A stretch of 64,000 bases of DNA from Actinomycetes bacterium. GTDB lineage: Bacteria; Actinomycetota; Acidimicrobiia; Acidimicrobiales; Acidimicrobiaceae. Below are positions 9,126-17,283 of the stretch, piece after piece. The notes under the pieces are model-generated. The model was not told the DNA's origin. It saw only the letters and a list, made by a program, of their open reading frames with translations, and did not search any database. The position numbers were made by a program, and so were the translations under genes. Where the stretch lies: positions 11,397 through 75,396 of the forward strand of contig JAJYGA010000009.1 in the NCBI GenBank assembly GCA_021785255.1, read 5' to 3'. Each line of letters starts with the position of its first letter. Position 1 is the stretch's first letter.

Positions 9126-10016
9126 AAGACCTCCTAGCTAGGACTGTCGTCGTAGTTAGGAGCCATCAGCCACCTTGGCAGTTAGGGCGAGCTCCATCGC
9201 CTAAGTTCCACTTTAGCGGATCTGTGAATTTGAGCGGTAGTAGTCTTAGGTCGAGTACCTGTCGATACGCTACCTCGATCCACGTGCGTCTAGAAGCTCG
9301 GACGCACATCACAGCAAACAAGGAGGTCAGATGACATAATCCGAGCGACAAGCTCACGATAGCTAGCCGGTGTGAGTCCGGTCCAAGGAGACGCAGAGTC
9401 CTTGGTAGTGAAGCCCCCGGTTTGAGTATGGATGCCCGAGTCGAAGCGGGGTCGCAACCTGCGGGCCGCTCAAGCGGTTCAGTGGACATCAGCATGGTTT
9501 GACAACCAGGGCCTGTACTACTTGCACGGAACTAATTCGATACCCGAAGGGAGCGTAACCATGTCCAGAAGACCGTCGGTAAGCCGTATGCGGGAAAACT
9601 CAGTCCAGCATTGCACCAGTCTCCAAATAACGCAAGAACTAATACACAAAATCCCCAACATACTCGAAGCATATGAGCTTGACTGGTATACCAAGGGATA
9701 TCCTGTTCACCACCATTGCTACTAGTTATTAGTAGTTATTAGCCACATAACGGAGGTGGTCGCTGGGGAGGCTGGCTCCAATCGTGGGGGCTGCTGGTCC
9801 CAGGCGGTGGGTTGGAACATGTCACCATATAGCCTGGTCGGGACCTTAACCACGATTGGACGATGCTCAACCAGTGGCTTACCTTACTCTACTATTTCTG
9901 TCTCTATGTCTCCGAAGAGATCTGAACCGTTAGTCATGTTACCAGCAACACTCAAGCTTGATGTGTACTAGAGATTGCTGGCGACGACGGTTGTGATATG
10001 CTGTAAGATGATTTAA

Positions 10017-10934
10017 ATGCTATTGGAATTCCAGGATTTGACCAAGTCTTACGGCGATACGGTAGCCCTTGACAGTCTGTCATTTTCGGTTTCAAGTGGC
10101 GTGCTTTTTGGATTCCTTGGCCCAAACGGTGCTGGAAAAACCACGGCGATGAGGGCGGTGCTGAATCTAGTTGCCCTTGACCGCGGTGACGTTCTCGTCG
10201 ACGGCATAGATGTTAGAGAGAACTCAAGCGTGAGATATGGATATCTACCTGAGGAACGTGGCCTCTACCCTAAGATGAGCGTCTTTGATCACCTCGTTTA
10301 CATTGCTCGACTACACGGTATTGATCGCAAAGAAGCGGGAAGAAGAGCGAATGCCATGATCGATATATTGGACATACAACCTGGTGGAAAGTCCAAAGTC
10401 GAGTCGTTATCTCTTGGTAATCAACAACGATGCCAAGTTGCTGCAACCCTTATCCATGATCCGGAGATCCTCATTCTTGACGAACCTTTTTCAGGGCTCG
10501 ATCCAATGTCAATCGACATAATAAAGGATCTGTTGATTGAGCGGGCTCGACAGGGGCGGATAGTGTTGTTCTCTTCTCATCAGTTAGAGGTAGTCGAAGG
10601 CCTGTGTGAATCTGTTGCAATTATAAACAAAGGGCATCTAGTGCTAAACGATACTACCGAACACTTGACTTCGCTATCAGAGCGGTTGGTCATTCAAGTT
10701 AGAGAAGATCCAGAGGGAGAGTTTCTGAAAGATGTCAAAGAGTTCGAGATTGTAGACAAACAAAATGGTGTACTACACGTCAAGAAAAACTCAGATGAAA
10801 TACATGACGATGAACTCTTACACTTGGGACTTTCCTGTGGAACAATTCTGCGATACGATCACGAAAGAAGATCATTAGCTGGCGTATTTAGAGAGGCTAT
10901 TGTCAGGGACAATGCTGAAGGGGATACTGTGTGA
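10017..10934 (+). CDS. ABC transporter ATP-binding protein (ABC-2 exporter type)
   Basis: Walker A GPNGAGKTT, signature LSLGNQQR, Walker B ILILDEPFSGLD, H-loop SSHQL. Confidence 0.9.
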   Translation: MLLEFQDLTKSYGDTVALDSLSFSVSSGVLFGFLGPNGAGKTTAMRAVLNLVALDRGDVLVDGIDVRENSSVRYGYLPEERGLYPKMSVFDHLVYIARLHGIDRKEAGRRANAMIDILDIQPGGKSKVESLSLGNQQRCQVAATLIHDPEILILDEPFSGLDPMSIDIIKDLLIERARQGRIVLFSSHQLEVVEGLCESVAIINKGHLVLNDTTEHLTSLSERLVIQVREDPEGEFLKDVKEFEIVDKQNGVLHVKKNSDEIHDDELLHLGLSCGTILRYDHERRSLAGVFREAIVRDNAEGDTV

Positions 10935-11017
10935 CACAAGACTCGACTTTCGATTGAAATCTACTTAAACCTATATGGAAACGCGGTTAGAGACATGATT
11001 ACGAGACAATTACCGAT

Positions 11018-12208
11018 ATGAACCAGGTAAAGCTAATAGCAATGCGGGAGTTCTCCCAGCGTACGTCCTCTAGAGCCTTCAAGATAGCGACAGCTATAAC
11101 GATGCTGATAGCGTTAGGATATGTCGTTATACCTCATGTTCTAAGCGGTAAGCCAAAACCAGAAACTATCGCTTTAGTTGGCAGTGTTTCAAAGGAAATC
11201 CCAGCAATATTTTCTCAGGTCGCAGCGCTAAGCAACACCAAGGTTCGTTTTGTCTCAATCCCATCAATATCTCAAGCTAGAAGTCAACTGACCAGCGGAC
11301 GGGTATCGGTCGCTTATTCGCCAAGAGTTGGTCTTTTGGTTAAAACTATCTCTTCTACAGACCAGGCCGCGATTTTTGCCAAAGAAGTGTCGGTTGATAT
11401 TGGCAAGTTTCAAGCTTTACAGAAAGCAAACTTGACGCCAGTTCAAAAAAAGATCTTGCTATCTCCGACTAACGTCCGAGTTGCCGCAGTAGGGTCTACG
11501 CTACAGGTAGCACCTAGCACGCAGAAGGCTTCTATCTTTGAGTTGATATTGACCTACATTCTTCTTTCACAGTACGGAGCATGGGTAATGCTCGGAGTTA
11601 TTGAGGAGAAGTCGACCCGCGTTATAGAAGTTTTGCTCTCTGCCGTGAGGCCAATAGAACTACTTGTCGGTAAGATCATTGGAGTAGGACTCGTTGCGCT
11701 AGTCCATGCGAGCCTTATTTTAGTAGCACTCATAGTTGGACTCAGCTCAATTGGATCAAGCCCTTTACAAGTTCTTCCGAACTCCCTCATCGTTCTTGCT
11801 CCACTATGGCTCATCGTTGGGGGAGCGCTTTACTGTACGATGTTTGGCGCGGCAGGTTCAATGGTGACGAGAATCGAAGACGCACAAGCTGTGAGTTTTC
11901 CGATCGCGGTACCGATGTTAGTTGGATACATTGCTGGTCTTACGGCAATGTCCCAAACGTCATCTCCATCTACCATAATAAAGATTCTGAGTTTCGTCCC
12001 TGGTGTGTCACCGTTCCTAGACCCGGTGATGGTGGCGTCGGGTGTGATGTCTATTCCCCTTATGCTTGTTTCGCTAGCTATCTCGCTAGTAACTACATAC
12101 TTCCTTAGTAAAGTCGCTGGGAAAATTTACGTAGCCTCAATTCTGAAGATCGGAGCAAGGGTCAAGCTATCTGCAATCAAGAAATCATTTTCAAACGAAT
12201 ATATATAG
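11018..12208 (+). CDS. ABC-2 family transporter permease
   Basis: 396 aa with an N-terminal TM helix, a large extracytoplasmic loop and five C-terminal TM helices. It immediately follows the ATPase gene. Confidence 0.75.
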   Translation: MNQVKLIAMREFSQRTSSRAFKIATAITMLIALGYVVIPHVLSGKPKPETIALVGSVSKEIPAIFSQVAALSNTKVRFVSIPSISQARSQLTSGRVSVAYSPRVGLLVKTISSTDQAAIFAKEVSVDIGKFQALQKANLTPVQKKILLSPTNVRVAAVGSTLQVAPSTQKASIFELILTYILLSQYGAWVMLGVIEEKSTRVIEVLLSAVRPIELLVGKIIGVGLVALVHASLILVALIVGLSSIGSSPLQVLPNSLIVLAPLWLIVGGALYCTMFGAAGSMVTRIEDAQAVSFPIAVPMLVGYIAGLTAMSQTSSPSTIIKILSFVPGVSPFLDPVMVASGVMSIPLMLVSLAISLVTTYFLSKVAGKIYVASILKIGARVKLSAIKKSFSNEYI

Positions 12209-12389
12209 CCGAACGACTTTATTTCAAGTCACCAGGTCCGTTGATGAACTGGGTCAACATTGCTGACAGAGTGTCTTGGTGAGACGCGAGTCTGCATGGC
12301 TAGTACGCCTTCGCTCGTGTAGCAAATGTGAAACGAGCTGTTTTGATCAATGAAACCGTACGGATCATATCAAGTTCCGGCTTCTGGAG

Positions 12390-12972
12390 GATATTGTGTG
12401 TGAGCAGTCGCACAAGGGTCATGCCTCTATTGCAAGATCTGTGAACACTGTGCCAACTTTGCTGTCGAAGCCGCTAGCTCCCAGATTCTTGCAGCGAGCT
12501 TTTCCCGTCCACTCCGATGGCAACGGCGTAGTGCGAGAACTTACCTACATCGAGACCACAATAGACGTTGTACGGACATTCCATGAGCGGGTATCCTTTC
12601 CTTCGTTGCGGCCACAGTCAGACACCTGATTTAGACACCCGCGTTACGACGAGGCCTGAGGATCACTCCATGGCCATGTCCCTATTAGTCTTTTACAGAG
12701 CGTCTCTGGGCCTGGCGACAACACCCCCCGGATCATCAGTGACAGGGTCGTTGAGTCATACCGGGCCCAGTGACCTAACCTCGACCATCGAGGCTTCCTA
12801 AGAGGTAACGTGAAGTTCGTTCCCACCACTCGGCAGTCAGTGTTGCTCTGAGTGTGGACACACGGACAAAACAAATCGCAAGAGTCAAGCTATCTTTTGT
12901 TGTATATCGCGTGGACATACCGCCAACGCAGACATCAATGCAGTCCAGAATGTAATCGCAACCGCCGTATGA
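12390..12972 (+). pseudogene. tnpB: Decayed tnpB (IS200/IS605-IS607 family RNA-guided nuclease), C-terminal half with frameshifts
   Basis: 12841-12972 reads CCSECGHTDKTNRKSQAIFCCISRGHTANADINAVQNVIATAV*. This is the TnpB zinc finger plus the RuvC-III NADxNA box, with the last Cys replaced by Arg. An adjacent frame reads GNVKFVPTTRQS (the V-x-P-x-x-T-S-Q box), so at least one frameshift is present. Upstream only patchy matches remain (e.g. SHKGHASIARSV) and no intact ORF. Confidence 0.7.
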
Positions 12973-13110
12973 CATACGGTTCAAGGACGTGGAGGAACAC
13001 CGCACGCTAGGTCTAACAAGACACAGCACAGCGACCAGTGAAGCGTCAACCAACCAGGGCCGCGTGAGCGGCTATGCAAGCCTCGTCCGTAAGGGCAGGG
13101 TGGATGTCAC
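12955..13110 (+). ncRNA. TnpB-associated right-end (reRNA/omega-RNA-like) scaffold relic
   Basis: It overlaps and follows the tnpB 3' end. It contains stem-loops (ccgtatg-aca-tacgg; ggccgcgtgagcggc) and ends in ...gcaagcctcgtccgtaagggcagggtggatgtcac. This is the hairpin-plus-GGNGGATGTCA-like terminus I associate with IS605/IS607 right ends. A homologous copy lies at 24495-24570 on the minus strand. Confidence 0.45.
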
Positions 13111-13164
13111 GCAGCAATAGTTCTGGCAGAAACGCGTCTATCCTTTAACAGTAGCGGCCTTACT

Positions 13165-14106
13165 CTAATACTTGTTGAGAGGCAGATTGTTACTCCAGTT
13201 TGAACATGAACCAGCAGGACTCACCGAAGGAGTAAAAGAGAACTGTCTGGTTACAAAGTTGAAGTAGACAACATTTCCCTGACCCCACACAACCTTAGCA
13301 TTTGATCCCACAACACCAACGACACTTAGCGGATTAGATCCAGCTGGAGGATAGGATATTTCTGTTGGTGAATACTGGGAAGTCGCTAATGGCACATTTG
13401 GGCCTTCATTCTTTGCGTAATAAACTCGAGCCTGTGGGGTGCTATCAGCAGGGTAGCCATTGCTGGTATTCGAGGCAATTGGGTTATAGGCTCCAAAAAT
13501 TAGGAAGTATTCAGTTCGTCCGTTCCATAGACAGCTAAGGCTGCTGGTTATGGTAAACATTTCGTCACCAATATCAACACTTTGTCTTAATCCCTCCATT
13601 GCAGGACTATTCGGCGGTCCAGAGATGATTCCGCTTGGTTGAGCGTAGAACTCCTGGTTGCTTTGAGCTTGAACCTGTTGCTCCTTCTGTTGCTGTGCCG
13701 CTATGTACGCGGAATGGGCGGAGGGGTGTAGAGCCCAGAACTGTCTGTAGAGATCAACTTCCAGCACCTGCAGTGCATTGTCTTTTTCGAACAGAGCCGC
13801 TTTGTTCGGAGGCATCTTGTTTTCGTGGTCTAATGAGTTGAGTTCAGCAACTTTCTGTTCCTCCTGAGGAGTTAGTTGTAGTTGTAGTTGGCTCAACGTT
13901 TGATGCTCAAGTACGGTTAGTTGTTGTTGAAATTGGCTCAAGGTGTCATTTGCAAGCTGATCTGAAATCAGAGTCGTATGAGACTTTGCTTTGTGTGAGC
14001 TTTGGTCCCTTTGTTGGGAAGTTGTTACGAATGCGGCAGCAGTAACCAGAACAGAAGTGGATACGACCGCCGTTGTCAACTTGATTAGGGGCTTCATTTT
14101 CATCAC
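13165..14106 (-). CDS. Secreted protein of unknown function (signal peptide, Gln-rich coiled segment, C-terminal globular part)
   Basis: The N-terminus MMKMKPLIKLTTAVVSTSVLVTAAAFV is signal-like. It is followed by Q/L heptad-like repeats (QLQLQLTPQEEQ). No family recognised. Confidence 0.65.
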   Translation of the reverse strand: MMKMKPLIKLTTAVVSTSVLVTAAAFVTTSQQRDQSSHKAKSHTTLISDQLANDTLSQFQQQLTVLEHQTLSQLQLQLTPQEEQKVAELNSLDHENKMPPNKAALFEKDNALQVLEVDLYRQFWALHPSAHSAYIAAQQQKEQQVQAQSNQEFYAQPSGIISGPPNSPAMEGLRQSVDIGDEMFTITSSLSCLWNGRTEYFLIFGAYNPIASNTSNGYPADSTPQARVYYAKNEGPNVPLATSQYSPTEISYPPAGSNPLSVVGVVGSNAKVVWGQGNVVYFNFVTRQFSFTPSVSPAGSCSNWSNNLPLNKY

Positions 14107-14140
14107 CTTCCTGTCTATTATGTTGAATGCTCGTCAGTAC

Positions 14141-15136
14141 CTATATGTCATACTGGACGTCGGTTAGATATGCAACATAGGCACCTCGCAGTTGGAAGCT
14201 GTAGTACTCAGCTTGACTCCATGAGGTATTGTTAGTTTGATTTGGACTGCAACCCGCACTACTCTGTTGGTTGTTGTAACTGAGTACTCCAAAGAAGTTG
14301 AAGTAACTATCAGCGCTGTAGGGACCATTCACCCAGTCACCTATATTGCCAGAACAGTAGAGTTCTGGAGCTGCGACCGACGGTTCGGCACCAAATGATA
14401 CGTACAGTTCTTGAGAAGTAGTCCAATAGCCTGGAGCCATGTTACCATAGTCCACCATCGCAGGTTGATAACTACCAGCGGCAGCAGCATAGCCTTCCAC
14501 CCATGCGTATGCAGCACTCCCCGAACTCCACTGCGTCTCAAGATCTGATCCACCAAGCACTGAAATATTGGCGTCGACTGTGTGCACTTGTTGGGCAATC
14601 GTTTCGACTAACTGCTCCCAACCGGAGCCATATGTATAGCTAACGCCACAGGAATTATTAGTTCCGATAACAAGATCCAGTGGATCATGTGGAGCTGCAT
14701 AGCGGAAACCAAGAGCGTACCAATTTGCAAGTGTCTCTATTTGACTAGCATCGGCATAAAGTACCTGTTCAAAATTGACGAGTTGGGTACTTTGGCTACC
14801 CACTTGACATCCAAAGTCCAAGATTACCATACCGCCCCATCCTCCAACGGAGTTTGCATAGTAGCCATGATTTTCACCGTCTATCTGGGCTTGGCTGTTG
14901 TTCAAAGTCTGGACGTAGAAGCTTCCAGTTGAAGGTGGTTGATTTGGATATGGATTGATATAGGTGGGATTCTCTAGGTTTGTCGGCTGTAAGGTGGTCG
15001 TAGTTGCTGTACTTGTGGCAACCACCTGAGTAGTTGGAGTCTTAGTAGCTTCTGATATCAAAGAAAATATTGCTTCATGACCAAGGGACCTTGTCGCTAT
15101 TGCGTTTAGGTTTCCGACCGAAGACGTGCGCGTCAC
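14141..15136 (-). CDS. Putative secreted protein of unknown function; the ORF as given lacks its signal peptide (see the C8 tract)
   Basis: 331-aa ORF from GTG 15136. Its N/S/T/Y/G-rich composition with paired Cys is typical of extracytoplasmic proteins. The same frame stays open upstream and encodes ASLLLLAGVLVVG, but with no start codon. Confidence 0.65.
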   Translation of the reverse strand: MTRTSSVGNLNAIATRSLGHEAIFSLISEATKTPTTQVVATSTATTTTLQPTNLENPTYINPYPNQPPSTGSFYVQTLNNSQAQIDGENHGYYANSVGGWGGMVILDFGCQVGSQSTQLVNFEQVLYADASQIETLANWYALGFRYAAPHDPLDLVIGTNNSCGVSYTYGSGWEQLVETIAQQVHTVDANISVLGGSDLETQWSSGSAAYAWVEGYAAAAGSYQPAMVDYGNMAPGYWTTSQELYVSFGAEPSVAAPELYCSGNIGDWVNGPYSADSYFNFFGVLSYNNQQSSAGCSPNQTNNTSWSQAEYYSFQLRGAYVAYLTDVQYDI

Positions 15137-15234
15137 AAGTGATTCATTTGGACGACTTTGTCGTGTGAACGTACTCCTGCCGGAGTCACCTACAACTAAA
15201 ACTCCTGCCAGGAGTAGGAGGGATGCAAAAGCAA

Positions 15235-15242
15235 CCCCCCCC
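15235..15242. repeat. C8 (G8 on the coding strand) homopolymer inside the 5' end of the 14141-15267 gene
   Basis: I counted eight consecutive C at 15235-15242. GTG at 15267 (minus strand) reads VKIIRSGLRGG and then goes out of frame. One extra G would join it to VAFASLLLLAGVLVVGDSG... and the 331-aa body. Confidence 0.9.
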
Positions 15243-15645
15243 GAAGACCACTTCTAATTATTTTCACAAGTACACCCCCAAAGTAACCACTAAGACCTCT
15301 CATTACCCTGTACACTTCACAATACACGAAGCACAGCAAGGTGCAAAGGATTTTGTATTTTTGTTCTCAGACAGTCCAAGTCACCACTCTGGAAGGCTCC
15401 CCCAGAATTGATCCACCTCTAATGTGAGGAGTCCGACCAGTATAGATTTGGTAGGAAGAAACACATGAAAGGGAGAAAGCACATCTAAGAGCAGATGATC
15501 ACAAAACTGGATCTTGGGGTCTCAGTGGGGAATTTAGTCAGTCCTAACCACATGCCAGGGGTGAGTTTGGGAGGATCACAGGGGTTCTGCCAGAATGGAT
15601 TAGTCAATCAAACAACTCAACCTGGAGAACCCCTGTGGAACAAAA

Positions 15646-16040
15646 TGCTAGCCGAATTGCCGAGATCCTGCTCGGTCTCGAAGATGTCAATTTGATCGGT
15701 GTCGAGGATCTGGATGACGAAGGGGTAAAACTGCCTCTTCGGGTTCACATCGAATTTTCAGCGTAGTTGAAGAGGATGTCATAGAGATAACGGCACGAAT
15801 CCGTGTACGGTTCTGGGGAGTGAGTCCAGCTTTGACGATAGTAGCGGAGTTGAGGTCTGCTTTTTGTGAGGTTGATCTAATAGTCCTTGTCAGCTGGGAC
15901 GAGGGCAACTACCTGACAGGTACAAGATATCCCATGGGAAATTAGCTAGCTGTATCTCGCGAAGACAATGGGCGTCGCCAATGAAGCTATTGCTCGTCGC
16001 ACTAAATATGCAGCTGCAGTATGGATTCGATGAAATCGTT
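15646..16040 (+). pseudogene. Degenerate ISL3-family transposase N-terminal relic
   Basis: One frame reads ASRIAEILLGLEDVNLIGVEDLDDEGVKLPLRVHIEFSA*. This resembles the ISL3 N-terminus (LLGLpgv.V..ve.....l.v.ve). Downstream frames are broken by many stops. The support is weak. Confidence 0.35.
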
Positions 16041-16135
16041 ACGTTTTGTGCTTCATAAGAGTCATTGAGCAGCCAGCTCCCTTGCAACTACTTGAGTTGC
16101 TAAAGGTTTGACGAAGAGTCTGTCGATACCTATAT

Positions 16136-17227
16136 GTGAACTCATTGGAGACGTTAGATGGTTGGTTGACTGAGCTGCTAAAACGTGGGGGGTCTGATCT
16201 GCATCTGAAAGCACAGGCTGTTCCCAGGATAAGGATAAATGGAGACCTAGTCGCTGTAGATGCAGCTCCGGTCGCTCCTGACGAGACGATGTCAATTGCC
16301 CGCTATGCCATGGGAGAAGAGATGTGGGCTGGATTTGTGCGTCGCCATGAGGCCGACTTCGCTTACAGAAGATCTGGACTTGGTCGTTTCCGAGTGAATG
16401 CATTTTTGCAACGAGGGTCGGTTTCGATGGTTTTTAGGGCGGTTAGCACCAATCCTCCGACTATCGAAGAGTTGGGATTACCTGATTCAGTCAGGAAAAT
16501 CTCGGAAGAACACAGGGGGTTAGTCCTTGTGACCGGACCTACTGGATCGGGAAAGTCGTCGACGTTGGCAGCGATGGTGAATCATATCAACTCAACTCGA
16601 AGTGCTCATATAGTTACTATTGAAGATCCTCTTGAGACCTTGCATCAAGATAGAAAGTCAATAGTCAACCAACGTGAAATTGGCTTTGACACCCAGGACT
16701 ATGCAACAGCGATGCGGGCCGCGATGAGACAGGATCCTGACGTAATTTTGGTAGGAGAGATGCGAGATTTGGAGACGGTGACCGCTGCCATTCAGGCTGC
16801 GGAGACCGGGCATCTTGTACTTTCGACCCTTCATACTACTGGGGCTGCAGAGACTATTATTCGAGTGGTTGACTTTTTTCCTCCGCATCTCCAACAACAA
16901 GTCAGAATATCTCTAGCGGGAATCTTAAAGGGAATCGTATGTCAGAGATTAGTGAAGACCAAAGATGGAACTTCGAGAGTCCCAGCTCTTGAGATCATGA
17001 TTGCCAATGGTCGTACCATGCAGTGTGTAGTTGACCCAGTGAAAACTTACGATATAAGGGAAATCATAAAAGAAGGATCGTTCTATGGAATGATGACCTT
17101 CGACCAGTCGCTGCGTGATCTTTACAAGGCAGGCACGATCTCATTGGAGGATGCCTTAGGAAATGCTACAAATCCTCATGATCTTAAGCTTTCTATTGGA
17201 GAAATCACAGAGATGGCGTCGATGTGA
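16136..17227 (+). CDS. pilT: Type IV pilus retraction (twitching motility) ATPase PilT family
   Basis: It can be aligned by eye along its whole length with PilT. Shared elements are GSDLHL, RFRVNAF, Walker A GPTGSGKSST, IVTIEDPLE, Walker B DPDVILVGEMRDLET and the His box TGHLVLSTLHT. Confidence 0.9.
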   Translation: MNSLETLDGWLTELLKRGGSDLHLKAQAVPRIRINGDLVAVDAAPVAPDETMSIARYAMGEEMWAGFVRRHEADFAYRRSGLGRFRVNAFLQRGSVSMVFRAVSTNPPTIEELGLPDSVRKISEEHRGLVLVTGPTGSGKSSTLAAMVNHINSTRSAHIVTIEDPLETLHQDRKSIVNQREIGFDTQDYATAMRAAMRQDPDVILVGEMRDLETVTAAIQAAETGHLVLSTLHTTGAAETIIRVVDFFPPHLQQQVRISLAGILKGIVCQRLVKTKDGTSRVPALEIMIANGRTMQCVVDPVKTYDIREIIKEGSFYGMMTFDQSLRDLYKAGTISLEDALGNATNPHDLKLSIGEITEMASM

Positions 17228-17283
17228 CTGTAGTCACCGGACGTAGAAATTTCGAATTTTGTTTTTAGTAACTTCTACATAGG

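Noticed and set aside
9284-9620. Calling this an intact group II intron
   Set aside because: Only about 300 nt separate the GUGCG from the domain-V-like half-site, which is too short for domains I-IV. The 3' strand of domain V is missing, and no reverse transcriptase ORF or domain VI is evident. At most it is a relic, so I reported it as a hypothesis only.
9126-9700. Possible RNase P RNA, tmRNA, SRP RNA or cobalamin riboswitch in the structured spacer
   Set aside because: I checked by eye for the hallmark strings, and none is present on either strand. The strings were GAGGAAAGTCCGGGC and ACAGAACCCGGCTTA for RNase P, and a GGGG...TTCGAC 5' end plus a tRNA-like GGTTCGA...CCACCA 3' end for tmRNA. 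They were also GGTCCGGAAGGAAGCAGC for SRP and the B12 box for cobalamin. ccggtgtgagtccgg is only superficially similar.
12396-13053. Four 76-92-aa ORFs (12396-12629 and 12568-12801 on the plus strand; 12644-12874 and 12775-13053 on the minus strand)
   Set aside because: They are frames, or antisense frames, of the decayed tnpB and its RNA scaffold. None is a complete gene.
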